DNA from: an uncultured Rhodospirillaceae bacterium | GTDB lineage: Bacteria; Pseudomonadota; Alphaproteobacteria; Ferrovibrionales; Ferrovibrionaceae | Assembly (NCBI GenBank): GCA_964542505.1 | Contig: CAZIVY010000249.1 | Coordinates: 1-38,856 of the forward strand | Direction of reading: 5' to 3' | DNA: 38,856 bases | In this document: positions 1 through 10,291 of the stretch, one piece after another | Layout: every line of letters begins with the position of its first letter | How positions within the stretch are numbered: position 1 is the first letter of the stretch | The notes under the pieces: model-generated | Seen by the model: the letters and a program-made list of their open reading frames with translations, nothing else | Told to the model about the DNA's origin: nothing | Databases searched by the model: none | Translations under genes and position numbers: made by a program

Positions 1-303
1 TGCGTCCTTCGGCGTCGTCTCCAGGGTCTTCGTCACGACCTCGGCGATCTTGTCGTCGCCGATCCTGCGCGGGGCGCCGGGACGCGGCTCGTCGTCGAGC
101 CCGTCGAGGCGATCCTTGGCGAACCGCCGGCGCCAGGTTCCGGCCGTCAGCCGGGACAGGTCGAGCTTCTCCGCGATCGCGCAATTGTTCAAGCCGTCCG
201 CCGCGAGAAGCACAATTCGGGCGCATCTCGCCGCCCCATGCGACACACGGCGACGCCGAACCCGCGCTTCAAGCTCGCCTCGCTCCTCACCCGTCAGTAT
301 AAT
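1..303 (-). mobile_element. IS630-family transposase, N-terminal HTH fragment (runs off the window; no canonical start)
   Basis: Not in the ORF track. Hand translation of the minus strand (frame ending at nt 1) gives IILTGEERGELEARVRRRRVSHGAARCARIVLLAADGLNNCAIAEKLDLSRLTAGTWRRRFAKDRLDGLDDEPRPGAPRRIGDDKIAEVVTKTLETTPKDA. This is the typical N-terminal HTH region of IS630-type transposases. There is an in-frame stop at 361-363 and no ATG/GTG/TTG between it and nt 295. Confidence 0.6.
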
Positions 304-403
304 CCGAACCGCCGCGCCGCGTGCTATTCCCGCCTCCGCAACAAGCCAGGAGACGCGGAATCACAAAGGGCGTCAGCTGACTAGGAATTTCTGAAACGGG
401 ACA

Positions 404-1609
404 CTAGGCGCGGCTGGTCAGCACCGAGGCCAGGCGCTCGCCGGCGATGCGGCCCTGGCCGGGTTTCAGCGCCATGGGGTTGAAGCGGATGAGGCCCTGC
501 TTGGCGCCGGAAGGATCGGCGTGTACCGATGGGCTGCCGTTCTGCAAGCGAATGATGGCGTCGAGGGCATTCATGCCGGCGGCGGCTTCATTCAGGCGCG
601 CTTCGAGGATGGGCACGCTGTCCGGGCCGCGATTCACCAGCGTGACTTGCAACATGTTGACGGCGCGAAGCGCGTCCCGCACCTCGGAGAGCCGAGCGAG
701 CCAGGTGGCGTGACGCTGTGCCGGGTCCTCGGCGGCGAAGCGGCGAAGCGCAACCAGCAGGCCCACCACTTGTTCCTTGCCCACCTTGCAGGGGCGGCCA
801 ATGCCATGCTGGGGTAGGCCCTTCATCAGGTGCTTGTCGAACAGATTGGCGGGCGGGTTCCATTGCTGGAACCAGATGTCATTGTCCATCATCTGCAGGG
901 CCGCCGACTGGATAAGATCGCGCCGGCCGGCAAGGATGCCGCTCGCCTGCGGTCCCAGAATCGCCTTGCCGCCAGAGAAAGCCACAAGGTCGGCGCCGGC
1001 GGCGACGAAGCGGCGCAGGTTCGACGCCGGCGGCAATTGACCCGCGGCGTCCACCAGCACCGGGACACCGTGTACATGGGCCATGGCGATCACCTCGGGT
1101 AGTGGCGGTTCGGACTGGGGCGCCGCCACATAAAGCACGCAGGCGGTGCGGAGCGTGATCGCCTCGCCGATCTCCCAGGCCTCGGCGTCGCGCACGCCGG
1201 CGCCCGCATAACGGTCGGCCAAGCCCACTTCCACCAGCCGTACGCCGGCCTGGCGCACCGCATGGTCATAGAAATTGCGCTGGCTGCGCACGACCACGAC
1301 CTCGTCCTTCAGGCCAGTGGTGTCAGGGAGCTGGTTCATGGCCTTGGGGTCGAGGCCGGCGACGCAAGCGGCGGCGCCGAGCAACAGACCCGCGGCGGCG
1401 CTGGAGGTGACGATGCCGGCCTCGGCGCCGGTGATCTCGGCGATGATCTCGCTCGCCCGGCCCTGCAAGGTGGGCATGTCGACGCAATGCTGGGTCGCGT
1501 CACGCATGGCGTCCGCCACCTCGTCGGGCATGACGCCGCCGGATACGCGCGTGGATGTTCCCTTGGCGTTGACGATGGTGGGAACGCCGAGGTCGCCGAA
1601 AATGCTCAT
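404..1609 (-). CDS. SelA-like / DgaE-like fold-type I PLP-dependent enzyme
   Basis: 401-aa ORF. The motif FSGGKAILGPQASG resembles the PLP-lysine motif of the SelA/DgaE family. Its start overlaps the upstream gene's stop (ATGA at 1606-1609). Confidence 0.7.
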   Translation of the reverse strand: MSIFGDLGVPTIVNAKGTSTRVSGGVMPDEVADAMRDATQHCVDMPTLQGRASEIIAEITGAEAGIVTSSAAAGLLLGAAACVAGLDPKAMNQLPDTTGLKDEVVVVRSQRNFYDHAVRQAGVRLVEVGLADRYAGAGVRDAEAWEIGEAITLRTACVLYVAAPQSEPPLPEVIAMAHVHGVPVLVDAAGQLPPASNLRRFVAAGADLVAFSGGKAILGPQASGILAGRRDLIQSAALQMMDNDIWFQQWNPPANLFDKHLMKGLPQHGIGRPCKVGKEQVVGLLVALRRFAAEDPAQRHATWLARLSEVRDALRAVNMLQVTLVNRGPDSVPILEARLNEAAAGMNALDAIIRLQNGSPSVHADPSGAKQGLIRFNPMALKPGQGRIAGERLASVLTSRA

Positions 1610-3390
1610 TGGCGCGCCGCCCGCATTTTCTTGCGCAAGGCGTCGGTCGCCGCCGCGTCAACCTGTGGCGGGGAGCCAGCGATAACGACGCCATAGGCGC
1701 CGCGGGCGTGGGGAAGAGTCATCTTTTGCTCGATCACGTCGTGGCGAACCGCCTCGGCCTCGCGGTCGAGGGGGTCGCCATGGCCGCCGCCGCCCGCGAG
1801 CCGCACGCGGAACAAATCGCCCTTGCTGACGGTGGTGAGGAACTTGGCGGGATGTTGCTCGGTTTTTCCGTTCGCGCGGTGGATGGTGACGTCGGATGGC
1901 GCGCCGGGACCGCCGCCCGCCAGGCCATAGGTGCGATGGTCGCGGCGGTCGGAGCGGATCTGCAGCACCGCGTTGTCGGCCTTGAAGCGCAAATGGCGCT
2001 CGATGGCCAGGCCGCCGCGGTAGCGCCCGGCGCCGCCGGTGTCGGGCACGAAGCCGTAATGCTCGACGGCGATGGGCTGGTCGGCCTCGATCATTTCCGC
2101 CGGGGTGTTGGAATAGTTCACCAGGGTGCCGGTGCAGGCGTCCATGCCGTCGCGGTCTGGCCCGCCGCCCCAGGAGGCGAGCAGGAATTCCAGATAGACG
2201 AAAGACTTGCCCATGGCGTCCGTGCCGCCGAAGGAGACGCCCACATCGGGCAGGTTGGAGCCGCAGGCGGGAATCAAATGGGGCACGGCCTGGGCGAGGG
2301 CGCCGAACACCGTATCGGCGACGCGAATGCCGGTGATGCCGCGCGCCGCCACGGCGGCGGGCGGGCGGGGATTGACGATGGTTCCCTCGGGGGCAATGAC
2401 CTTGATGGGACGGAAATAGCCGGCGTTGTTGGGTATCGCCAGGTCGACGATGGAGCGCACGCAGGCGAGAGCCGTGGACAGCGTGAAGGGATAGACGCAG
2501 TTGATTGCGCCGCGCACCTGGGGCGAGGTGCCGGTGAAGTCGATGGTCATGTCGCCGTCGCCGATGGTGACGGTAGCGACAAAGGGTATGGGCCTGGGGT
2601 CGATGCCGTCGCCGTCCAGGTGATCCACGAAGCGCCAAGTTCCGCGCGGCAGGCGCGCGATCTCGGCGCGGGTAAAGCGCTCGGTATAGTCGAGTAGCTC
2701 GCGGCACTGCCGCTCGAACCCGGCCACGCCGTGGCGGTCCGCCAGGCCCAGCATTCCGCGCTCGCCCACCACGCAGGCGGCGATGAGCGAGCGGATGTCT
2801 CCGATGACCTTGTCGGGCACGCGGACATTGCGCTCGATGATGCGGAACAGGTTTTCGTCGGGCACGCCCTGGCGCCAGATGCGCGAGGGCGGGATGCGCA
2901 GGCCTTCCTGGTAGAGTTCGGTCGAATCGCTGGCGTTGCCGCCGGGGACGCGCCCGCCGATATCGGTCATGTGCGCCAGGGCGACCGAGAAGCCCATCAA
3001 CCCGCCGCCGTGAAAGACCGGCTTCACCAGCACGATGTCCGGCAGGTGGGTGCTGCCGTCATAGGGATCGTTGGTGATGAACAGGTCGCCGGGTCCGATG
3101 CGGCCGCCAAAGGCCTTGACGACCGAGCGCACGGCGAAGGGCATGGCGCCAAGGTGGAAGGGCAGGCAGGTGCCTTGGGCGATCAGTTCGGCGTCCTTGA
3201 GGAAAAGCGCGGTGGAAAAATCCAGCGCTTCCTTGACCACGAAGGAGCGCGCGGTGCGCAACACCGTCAGCGCCATTTCGTCGGCGAGGGTGGCAAGCGC
3301 GTTTTTCAGCAGCTCCAGCGCGAAGGGATCGCGGCTTTGCGCCAAATCGGCGCGGATGCGCGCGTCGCCCGATGCATGCGCCTGGACCAT
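1606..3390 (-). CDS. hyuB: hydantoinase B / oxoprolinase family protein
   Basis: 594-aa ORF with Hydantoinase_B-like sequence along its length (DPFALELLKNAL..., NDPYDGSTHLPD, GGGGHGDPLDR). It sits immediately downstream of the hydantoinase A partner. Confidence 0.88.
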   Translation of the reverse strand: MVQAHASGDARIRADLAQSRDPFALELLKNALATLADEMALTVLRTARSFVVKEALDFSTALFLKDAELIAQGTCLPFHLGAMPFAVRSVVKAFGGRIGPGDLFITNDPYDGSTHLPDIVLVKPVFHGGGLMGFSVALAHMTDIGGRVPGGNASDSTELYQEGLRIPPSRIWRQGVPDENLFRIIERNVRVPDKVIGDIRSLIAACVVGERGMLGLADRHGVAGFERQCRELLDYTERFTRAEIARLPRGTWRFVDHLDGDGIDPRPIPFVATVTIGDGDMTIDFTGTSPQVRGAINCVYPFTLSTALACVRSIVDLAIPNNAGYFRPIKVIAPEGTIVNPRPPAAVAARGITGIRVADTVFGALAQAVPHLIPACGSNLPDVGVSFGGTDAMGKSFVYLEFLLASWGGGPDRDGMDACTGTLVNYSNTPAEMIEADQPIAVEHYGFVPDTGGAGRYRGGLAIERHLRFKADNAVLQIRSDRRDHRTYGLAGGGPGAPSDVTIHRANGKTEQHPAKFLTTVSKGDLFRVRLAGGGGHGDPLDREAEAVRHDVIEQKMTLPHARGAYGVVIAGSPPQVDAAATDALRKKMRAARQ

Positions 3391-3395
3391 CGCCG

Positions 3396-5471
3396 CTATC
3401 CTAGCTCGATCTCGATGGCGTCCCAGGCGACGCGGCGCGCGCGGCCATCGGGGGGCACGACGGTGGTGCTGTCGAATTCCTCGACCAGCAACGGGCCCTG
3501 GCGCCAGTCCGAGTCCAGTTCGGCGCGGGAACGGATGGGCGTCGATACCCAGCCGGTCTCGGGACCGAAATAGACTTCCCGCGCTCCGGTGGCGGATTGC
3601 GTGGCGCCGGCGAGCGACAAGCGTTCGGGGACGCGGGTGGTGGCGGCGATGCCCTGGGCCACCACGCGCAGGCTCATGGTCTCAATCGTTTCCTCGTCCG
3701 AGCGGTAGCCATATTGGCGCTCGTACATGGCGGCAAAGGCCTCGCCAAGTTTCGCCGCCGGGTCGGCGGATGCGGGATAGGGCACGGTGAGTTCGGAATT
3801 GGCGCCCACATAGCGCAGGTCGATCTGGCGCTCGAAGCGCCGTGCCGGGGGGGCGAATCCTTCATCGGCGAGCGCCGCGGCGCCCTCCGCCTCCATGGCG
3901 GCGAACACGCCTTCCAGGGCGGCGCGGCCGATGGTGTCAAGGCGGCGCTTGAAGGTGCGCACATAATGGTGCTCGACCTCGGGGAAGAGCATGCCGAGCG
4001 CGCTGAACAGGCCCGGCACCGGCGGGATGAGGATGCGCTTGACCTCGAGCAGCCGCGCCAATGTGGCGGCATGGATCGGCCCGTTGCCGCCGAAGGCAAG
4101 GATGGCGAAGTCGCGGGGATCGCGTCCCCGTTCCGTGGACACGGCGCGAAGGGCGCGGGCCATGGCGGCGTTGGCGACACGATGGATGCCCCAGGCCGCT
4201 TCCTCGAGCGAGAGGTTCATGGGCCGCGCGACGGCTTTCTCCAGCGCCGCCACCGCCAGATCGCGGCGGATGGGTAGGCCGCCGCCGGCCAACGCCACGG
4301 GGTTGATGAAGCCCAGCACCACATTGGCGTCGGTTACCGTCAGTTGCGTGCCGCCACGGCCATAGCAAGCGGGGCCCGGCGCAGCGCCGGCGCTTTCGGG
4401 GCCGACCTTCAGGCCCCCGCTGCCGTCAAGGCGCACGACGCTGCCGCCGCCGGCGCCCACCTCGGCGATGTCGATGGCGGGCGCGCGTACATGGTAGCCG
4501 CCGCCGCTCAGCAACCGGCCGGCGATGTTGATACCGCCGCCCACTTCAAGCGCGCCCACGCGCACGAACTGGCCGTCTTCCACCAGCGCGGCCTTGGCGG
4601 TGGTGCCGCCCATGTCGAAACTGAGCAGGTTGAGGTGGCCGAGGCGGCGCGCGATTTCCGCCGCGCCCACCACGCCCGCCGCCGGCCCGGATTCGATGAT
4701 GTGGATCGGGCGCTCCGCCGCCGCCGCCGCGCCCATGGTGCCGCCGCTGGATTGCATGATGGTCAGGGGCTTGGCGATGGAGCGGGCGGCGAGCTGTTTT
4801 TCCAGCTGCCCGAGATAGTGCCGCACCACCGGCCGGATATAGGCGTTCACCACCGTGGTGCTGGTGCGCTCATATTCCCTTATTTCAGGCAATAGTTCGC
4901 TCGACAGCGTGACCAGAATGTCCGCGTCCTGCTCGCGCACCAGTTCGCGCAGGCGTTGCTCATGGGCGCCATTGGCATAGGCGTTCAACAGGCAGATGGC
5001 GATGGCGCCGGCCTTTTCCGCCAGCACGCGGCCGATGACTTCGCGGGCATTGGCCTCGTCCAGCGGGCGCTCGATATCGCCCAAGTCGTCGATGCGTTCC
5101 GGCACCTCGAAGCGCAAATGGCGCGGCACCAGGGTCGGCGGCTTGCGCCAGCGGATGTCATAGAGCACCGGCATGCGCAGCCGCCGGATTTCCAGCACGT
5201 CGCGGAAACCGGTGGTGGTGATCAGCGCGACCCGGGCGCCCTTGCCCTCCAATATGGCGTTGGCGGCGACGGTGGTGCCGTGGACGATCTGGGTGATGTC
5301 GTCGACACTCAGCGCCCCGCTGGCGAGTGTGGATTCCAGTCCGGCGGCGATGCCGAGGCTGTAATCGTCCGGCGTCGATAGCACCTTGGCCCGCGCCACC
5401 CGGCCCTCGGGCGTCAGGAACACCATGTCGGTGAAGGTGCCGCCGATATCGATGCCGATGCGGGTGGCCAT
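3396..5471 (-). CDS. hyuA: hydantoinase A / oxoprolinase family protein
   Basis: 691-aa ORF. The N-terminus [17 protein letters not shown] is the classic Hydant_A_N ATPase motif. It is paired with hyuB 5 nt downstream. Confidence 0.88.
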   Translation of the reverse strand: MATRIGIDIGGTFTDMVFLTPEGRVARAKVLSTPDDYSLGIAAGLESTLASGALSVDDITQIVHGTTVAANAILEGKGARVALITTTGFRDVLEIRRLRMPVLYDIRWRKPPTLVPRHLRFEVPERIDDLGDIERPLDEANAREVIGRVLAEKAGAIAICLLNAYANGAHEQRLRELVREQDADILVTLSSELLPEIREYERTSTTVVNAYIRPVVRHYLGQLEKQLAARSIAKPLTIMQSSGGTMGAAAAAERPIHIIESGPAAGVVGAAEIARRLGHLNLLSFDMGGTTAKAALVEDGQFVRVGALEVGGGINIAGRLLSGGGYHVRAPAIDIAEVGAGGGSVVRLDGSGGLKVGPESAGAAPGPACYGRGGTQLTVTDANVVLGFINPVALAGGGLPIRRDLAVAALEKAVARPMNLSLEEAAWGIHRVANAAMARALRAVSTERGRDPRDFAILAFGGNGPIHAATLARLLEVKRILIPPVPGLFSALGMLFPEVEHHYVRTFKRRLDTIGRAALEGVFAAMEAEGAAALADEGFAPPARRFERQIDLRYVGANSELTVPYPASADPAAKLGEAFAAMYERQYGYRSDEETIETMSLRVVAQGIAATTRVPERLSLAGATQSATGAREVYFGPETGWVSTPIRSRAELDSDWRQGPLLVEEFDSTTVVPPDGRARRVAWDAIEIELG

Positions 5472-5474
5472 GAC

Positions 5475-6566
5475 CTAGCGCCCGATGCCGAGCAATTCCG
5501 CGGCGTTATCGCCGAGGATCAGTTCTTTCTCCTTGGCCGAAAGGAACGTGCAGTGGCGGCGCACATAGTCCACGCACTGGCGATAGGTGCAAAACCGCTC
5601 CACGTTCGGCATGTCGGAACCCCAAAGCAGCTTGGCGGCGCCGAACATGTCGCGCATGCCGCGAATGAGTTCCTGGGCCTCGGGGTAGGGGTAGTCCCAA
5701 ACCCCGCCCCAGGTGATGGGAAACATCACCTCCAATTGCAGATTGTCGCGCCTGAAGACCGCCATGGCCTCGTCCGGAATTTCCCAGCGGCCCTTGGGCG
5801 CGAAATGCCCCGCCGAAGGACCCATGACGAACAGGAAGCGGTGGCGGCGGTGGCGCTGCAACAAGCGGTCAAGGGCGAGCAAATTGCCCATGTAGCTTGC
5901 CTTGTCGTAATTGGGCGTGGACGACAACTCGATCAACACCGGCAGCTTGTAGCCAGCGATCTTGTCCCAGAAGGGGGCGAAGTCGGCATGGTCGACATTG
6001 CGCGCGTATCCATGGCGCGACATTTCATGGGCGTAGTAAAGGCCCTTGATCCCAAGCTGGCCCACGGCGCGGTCGACCTCGGCCATGTTTTCCGGCCGGT
6101 CAGCCATGGCCTCGTCGACATTTAACAGGCCGGTGAAGCGGCCGGGATGGGCGTTCTGGGCGAAGGCGTTGTAATTGTTCATTGCGCCATAGCCGCCGCC
6201 GGCCTGCAGGATGCAGTGATCGACGCCGGCTTCGACCATCTGCGCCACCATGAATTCTGGCGAGCAGACGATTTCCTGCATGCCGACGGGCATGTACTGA
6301 ACGTAATAGTCCTCGCCCTCGTAAGTGAAGGCGAGCTGCCCGAAACGGCCGACGCGGAAGTTCACGTCGGTCAATCCCGCCCAGGTGTTGTCTCCCTGGC
6401 GGAACAGCATGGTGGGCTTTATTTCCTTGCCATCGCGGGCGCGGTAGGCGCGGGCGGCGGGCCGGGTCACGACTTTCTGAAGATATTTTAGGTGGATGGC
6501 GGCGGATGGGTGGCCGCACGCGCCCTGCCAGTGCTCGAAGACATGGGCATGGCAGTCGATGATCAT
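5475..6566 (-). CDS. amidohydrolase-family (Amidohydro_2-like) metal-dependent hydrolase
   Basis: 363-aa ORF. The N-terminus MIIDCHAHVF is the His-x-His metal motif of TIM-barrel amidohydrolases. A conserved late WGSDMP motif is also present. Confidence 0.78.
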   Translation of the reverse strand: MIIDCHAHVFEHWQGACGHPSAAIHLKYLQKVVTRPAARAYRARDGKEIKPTMLFRQGDNTWAGLTDVNFRVGRFGQLAFTYEGEDYYVQYMPVGMQEIVCSPEFMVAQMVEAGVDHCILQAGGGYGAMNNYNAFAQNAHPGRFTGLLNVDEAMADRPENMAEVDRAVGQLGIKGLYYAHEMSRHGYARNVDHADFAPFWDKIAGYKLPVLIELSSTPNYDKASYMGNLLALDRLLQRHRRHRFLFVMGPSAGHFAPKGRWEIPDEAMAVFRRDNLQLEVMFPITWGGVWDYPYPEAQELIRGMRDMFGAAKLLWGSDMPNVERFCTYRQCVDYVRRHCTFLSAKEKELILGDNAAELLGIGR

Positions 6567-6643
6567 GAACGCACTCGCGAACGCAGGTGGTCAACAGGAA
6601 TAGCCGGGACGGGCGCTGGCGCCCGTCCCGGGCTGAAGCGCGA

Positions 6644-7516
6644 TCAGGCGGCGCCGAGCTTTTCCATGTGGAAGTTGAACAGGCGATCCATTTCGCCGTT
6701 CACGACGACAAAGCTGGCCCACATGTCAAGAAACGCCTTCCACTCGGCGTCGCCGTAGCGGATCGCCCAGGTGTTGGGGCGCTTGTCGATGGGCTTCTCC
6801 GGTTCGACCACCGCGGCCCAGGTGTTGTTGCGCTTGGCGAACAGGATGACGTCGCTGTCGCCGCTCATCCACACATCGGCCTTCTTGGCGCGCACGGGTT
6901 CGGCGCCCAAGGTGACCTGGCCGGTGGTGGTGACGATCTTCGCCTTCGGCCACAAGAGGGGGATGCGCCCTTCTTCGCTGGCGCCGGCGGTTACCGAGAA
7001 GGTGACGTTGGGATCGTTGAAGTCGGCGGCGGTCTTGAAGCGGCCGGCATTGTCCTTGTGGATCAGGAGCAGGCTGCCCTTGGAGTAAAGCGGGCCGATA
7101 AAGTTGACCGTCAGCGCCCGCGCCATGGTGTAGGTCAGCGACGAGCCATAGAGGTCATAGTCGCCCTTGCGCAACGCCACGGTGGCGTTGGCGAAGGTGA
7201 CTTCCTTGTATTCCACCTTGATGTCGATTTCCTTGGCCAGGCGGTCCCCCACGTCCTTGTATATGCCGTGCAGATCGCCGGTCTTGGCATCCTTGTAGAA
7301 CCAGGGCCCGGTCTGGGAATAGCCGACGCGGACGATCCCGTCCTTGCGGACCTTGGCCAGGATAGAATCATCGCGCACGCCGGTTTCCAGAAGCTGCGCC
7401 ATGGATTGCCGTGGCGTCATGGCCGCGCCGGCGGCGGCGATCACGCCCCCGGCGGCGCCGAACGTCGCGGCGCCCTTCAAAAATTCGCGTTTGCTGGTTT
7501 TGATCTTGCCGTCCAT
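6644..7516 (-). CDS. ABC transporter substrate-binding protein (family 3, polar amino acid type), Tat/Sec-exported
   Basis: 290-aa ORF. N-terminal twin-arginine-like signal (KREFLKGAATFGAAGGVIAAAGAAM). SBP_bac_3-like body. It sits next to the cognate ATPase and permeases. Confidence 0.8.
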   Translation of the reverse strand: MDGKIKTSKREFLKGAATFGAAGGVIAAAGAAMTPRQSMAQLLETGVRDDSILAKVRKDGIVRVGYSQTGPWFYKDAKTGDLHGIYKDVGDRLAKEIDIKVEYKEVTFANATVALRKGDYDLYGSSLTYTMARALTVNFIGPLYSKGSLLLIHKDNAGRFKTAADFNDPNVTFSVTAGASEEGRIPLLWPKAKIVTTTGQVTLGAEPVRAKKADVWMSGDSDVILFAKRNNTWAAVVEPEKPIDKRPNTWAIRYGDAEWKAFLDMWASFVVVNGEMDRLFNFHMEKLGAA

Positions 7517-7570
7517 TTTTTTCCTCCCCTTGTTGAATACGCGTTCAAACCCCGATTTTCGGCGATCCTA

Positions 7571-8692
7571 TCACGTGCTGGCGCCGCGCGCGGCGATGGG
7601 CCACGTGGCTTCGACCCGGCCATCGCGGATGCCCACATACCAGTCGTGAAGGTTGACCGTGGGATCGCAATGGCCCGGAATCAGCATCACCTTGTCGCCC
7701 CGGCGGAGCGGCTTGGCCTTGGGCCCGACCTTCAGCGTGCCGTGTTCATCGGACACGCCCACGGCTTCCACGTCCTCGAGTCCATGCACCCAGGGCGGGC
7801 CTTTTTCGGCGCTGTAGGACTTCAGGCCGGCATCGACGACGGCGCGGCTGGCCGTGGGCACGCTCATCACCGTCGCGAGCACGAACAGGCTGTGCTCGAA
7901 GTCAGCGAAGCGGTTGCTGTTCCTGCCGCCGATGCGGGCATAGTCGGTGTCCATGAAGATGTAGGAACCGGCCTGAATCTCGTTCCACAACCCGCTGGCC
8001 GCCTCCATCTCGTGGGTTCCGGTGCCGGCGCCGGTGACGAATTCGCAGCCGATGCCGTTGTGTTTCAGCAGGTCCACGGTCTGGCGCACGGCGGCGGCGG
8101 CGGTCTTGATCGCTTTCTCCCGCTCGGCCACGCTGGGCAGATGCTGCGCCCGGCCGTGATAGGCCTGGAGCCCGCGGAATTTCAGCCCCGGCGTCCTGGC
8201 GATCAGCCGCGCCAGCTCCAGCGCGGGCTCGCCCGGCGGCACGCCGCAGCGCTCCATGCCCACCTCGATTTCCACCAGGGCGTCGAGTACGACGCCGAAG
8301 TCGCGCGCCACGGCCCCCGCCGCTTCCACCTGGTCGGCGGCGTCGAAGCAGAGGGCCACGGTGGCATCCTTGGCCAGCGCCGCCAGGCGGCGCAGCTTGT
8401 GGACCCCCACCACCTCGTTGCTCACCAGCACGTCCTTGACGCCGCCGCGCACCAGAGCCTCGGCCTCGCCGACCTTTTGGCAGCATTGGCCGACCGCGCC
8501 CAGCGCGATCTGCGCCAAGGCGATGGCCGGGCACTTGTGGGTCTTGGCGTGGGGGCGCAACCGCACCCCGGCCTTGCGCCCGAAATCCGCCAGCTTGCGC
8601 AGATTGTGCTCGAAGGCGTCGAGGTCGACCACCAGGGCCGGGGTGTCGATCTCGTCGACGGGCGCGCCGATGCGCGCGGGCGGGACGGACAT
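7571..8692 (-). CDS. DSD1-family PLP enzyme (D-threonine aldolase / D-serine or D-3-hydroxyaspartate dehydratase-like, alanine racemase N-terminal fold)
   Basis: 373-aa ORF. The motif LRPHAKTHKCP is the PLP-lysine signature of this family. The N-terminus DTPALVVDLDAFEHNL is also typical. Confidence 0.78.
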   Translation of the reverse strand: MSVPPARIGAPVDEIDTPALVVDLDAFEHNLRKLADFGRKAGVRLRPHAKTHKCPAIALAQIALGAVGQCCQKVGEAEALVRGGVKDVLVSNEVVGVHKLRRLAALAKDATVALCFDAADQVEAAGAVARDFGVVLDALVEIEVGMERCGVPPGEPALELARLIARTPGLKFRGLQAYHGRAQHLPSVAEREKAIKTAAAAVRQTVDLLKHNGIGCEFVTGAGTGTHEMEAASGLWNEIQAGSYIFMDTDYARIGGRNSNRFADFEHSLFVLATVMSVPTASRAVVDAGLKSYSAEKGPPWVHGLEDVEAVGVSDEHGTLKVGPKAKPLRRGDKVMLIPGHCDPTVNLHDWYVGIRDGRVEATWPIAARGAST

Positions 8693-8806
8693 CGTGTCGT
8701 TGCCAATGCGGCTATTGATGGACCATCATGCAATCGTGGGTGAGTTCACCATGCGGCGGCGCATCGCGCAAGGGGCGCGGCGAGCGGCAAGACGAGGGGC
8801 CTCGGA

Positions 8807-9580
8807 ATGGACGTGGTGCCGGCGATCCGCGTGGTGGGTCTGTGCAAGAACTTCGGTCCGCTCGAAGTACTCAAGGGCGTATCGTTCGACGTCCATAAGG
8901 GCCAAGTCGTCTGCATGATCGGCGCCAGCGGCTCGGGCAAAAGCACGCTGCTCCGCTGCATCAACTTCCTGGAAACGCCGAGCGGGGGCGACGTCTTCAT
9001 CGACGGCCAGCCCATGGGTTTTCGCACCGACGCCTCGGGCCAGCGCAAGCTGCGCTCCATGGCGGAGATCAATTCGATGCGCCGCGACTTGGGGATGGTT
9101 TTCCAGCAGTTCAATTTGTGGCCGCACATGACGGTGCTGGGCAATGTGATCGAGGCGCCGATCCGGGTGCGGGGCATGCCGCGCAAGGCGGCGGCGGCGT
9201 TGGGCGAGGAATGCCTGGCGCGGGTGCATCTGTCGGAGAAGTCCAAGGAATACCCGGCGCGGCTCTCGGGCGGGCAGCAGCAGCGCGTGGCCATCGCGCG
9301 CGCCTTGGCCATGCAGCCCAAGGCCATGCTGTTCGATGAACCCACGTCGTCGCTGGACCCGGAGTTGACGGACGAGGTGCTGATGGTGATGCGCGAGCTG
9401 GCGGGGTCGGGCACGACGATGATCGTGGTGACGCACGAAATGGGTTTTGCCCGCGACGCGTCGGACCGGGTGCTGTTCCTGCACAACGGCTCGATCGAGG
9501 AGGAAGGCCCGCCGGAACAGATATTCGGCAATCCGAAGTCCGAGCGTTGCCGGCAGTTCCTGTCGAAATACCTGCAATAG
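8807..9580 (+). CDS. polar amino-acid ABC transporter ATP-binding protein
   Basis: 257-aa ORF with Walker [13 protein letters not shown] signature [15 protein letters not shown] and Walker [12 protein letters not shown]. Confidence 0.92.
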   Translation: MDVVPAIRVVGLCKNFGPLEVLKGVSFDVHKGQVVCMIGASGSGKSTLLRCINFLETPSGGDVFIDGQPMGFRTDASGQRKLRSMAEINSMRRDLGMVFQQFNLWPHMTVLGNVIEAPIRVRGMPRKAAAALGEECLARVHLSEKSKEYPARLSGGQQQRVAIARALAMQPKAMLFDEPTSSLDPELTDEVLMVMRELAGSGTTMIVVTHEMGFARDASDRVLFLHNGSIEEEGPPEQIFGNPKSERCRQFLSKYLQ

Positions 9581-9589
9581 AGGCCGGGA

Positions 9590-10291
9590 ATGTCCGACGC
9601 CTTCTGGCAATCCGTCGACCTGACCTTTTTCCTGGAGTACCGCAAGGTCCTGCTGGCGGGCCTGGCGTTCAATTTCTACGTGTTCGTTTGCGCGGCCGCA
9701 GCGGCGCTGAGCCTGGGGCTCTTGGCGGCGCTGCTGCGGGTAAACCGGAACCGGCCGTTCCGCTGGATCGGCACCGTGCACGTTGAAATCTTCCGCAACG
9801 CGCCGGATTACATCCTGGTGGTGTGGGTGCATTTCGTGCTGCCGCTGCTGCTCGGCGCGCTGTTCGGGCGGCGGATGGAGTTTCACCCCTTCGTGTCGGC
9901 GGTGATCGCGCTGGGCCTGGTCTATAGCGGCTATTTCGCCGAGACGTTCCGCGCCGGCATCCAGGCCATTCCCGCAGGGCACATCGAGGCGGCGCGCGCC
10001 TGCGGCATGGCGGACCGGCTGATCCTGTGGCGGATCGTCCTGCCGCAAGTCGTGCGGCGCATGCTGCCCGAGGCGGTCAACCAGTTCGTATCCATGTTCA
10101 AGGCCACGACCATCGTCTCGCTGATCGCGGTGCCGGACCTGATGTACCAGGTGTCCATGGTGATCGCGACCGAGATGCGGCCCTTGCCGCTCTATACCGG
10201 CGCGGCGCTGACCTATTTCGCCGTCATCTACGCCGCCGCCACCGGCGTGCGGCTTCTGTCCGAACGCTGGCGCAACAAGATTTACGCATGA
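9590..10291 (+). CDS. amino-acid ABC transporter permease (His/Glu/Gln/Arg/opine type)
   Basis: 233-aa hydrophobic ORF. It carries the EAA-loop-like motif (ETFRAGIQAIPAGHIEAARACGM). Confidence 0.85.
   Translation: MSDAFWQSVDLTFFLEYRKVLLAGLAFNFYVFVCAAAAALSLGLLAALLRVNRNRPFRWIGTVHVEIFRNAPDYILVVWVHFVLPLLLGALFGRRMEFHPFVSAVIALGLVYSGYFAETFRAGIQAIPAGHIEAARACGMADRLILWRIVLPQVVRRMLPEAVNQFVSMFKATTIVSLIAVPDLMYQVSMVIATEMRPLPLYTGAALTYFAVIYAAATGVRLLSERWRNKIYA

Noticed and set aside
50-394. 114-aa plus-strand ORF at the window start.
   Set aside because: It is low-complexity (Ser/Arg/Pro-rich). The opposite strand translates into a convincing IS630-type HTH region, so the plus ORF is a shadow.
6587-8743. 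Very long plus-strand ORF (718 aa) spanning the SBP and DSD1 genes. Similar long antisense ORFs occur at 16091-17944 (617 aa), 8726-10048 (440 aa), 1609-2697 and 21774-22967.
   Set aside because: They lie antisense to ORFs with clear family motifs. They are Arg/Gly/Ala/Pro-rich with no recognisable motifs, as expected for stop-poor shadow frames in roughly 65-70% GC DNA.
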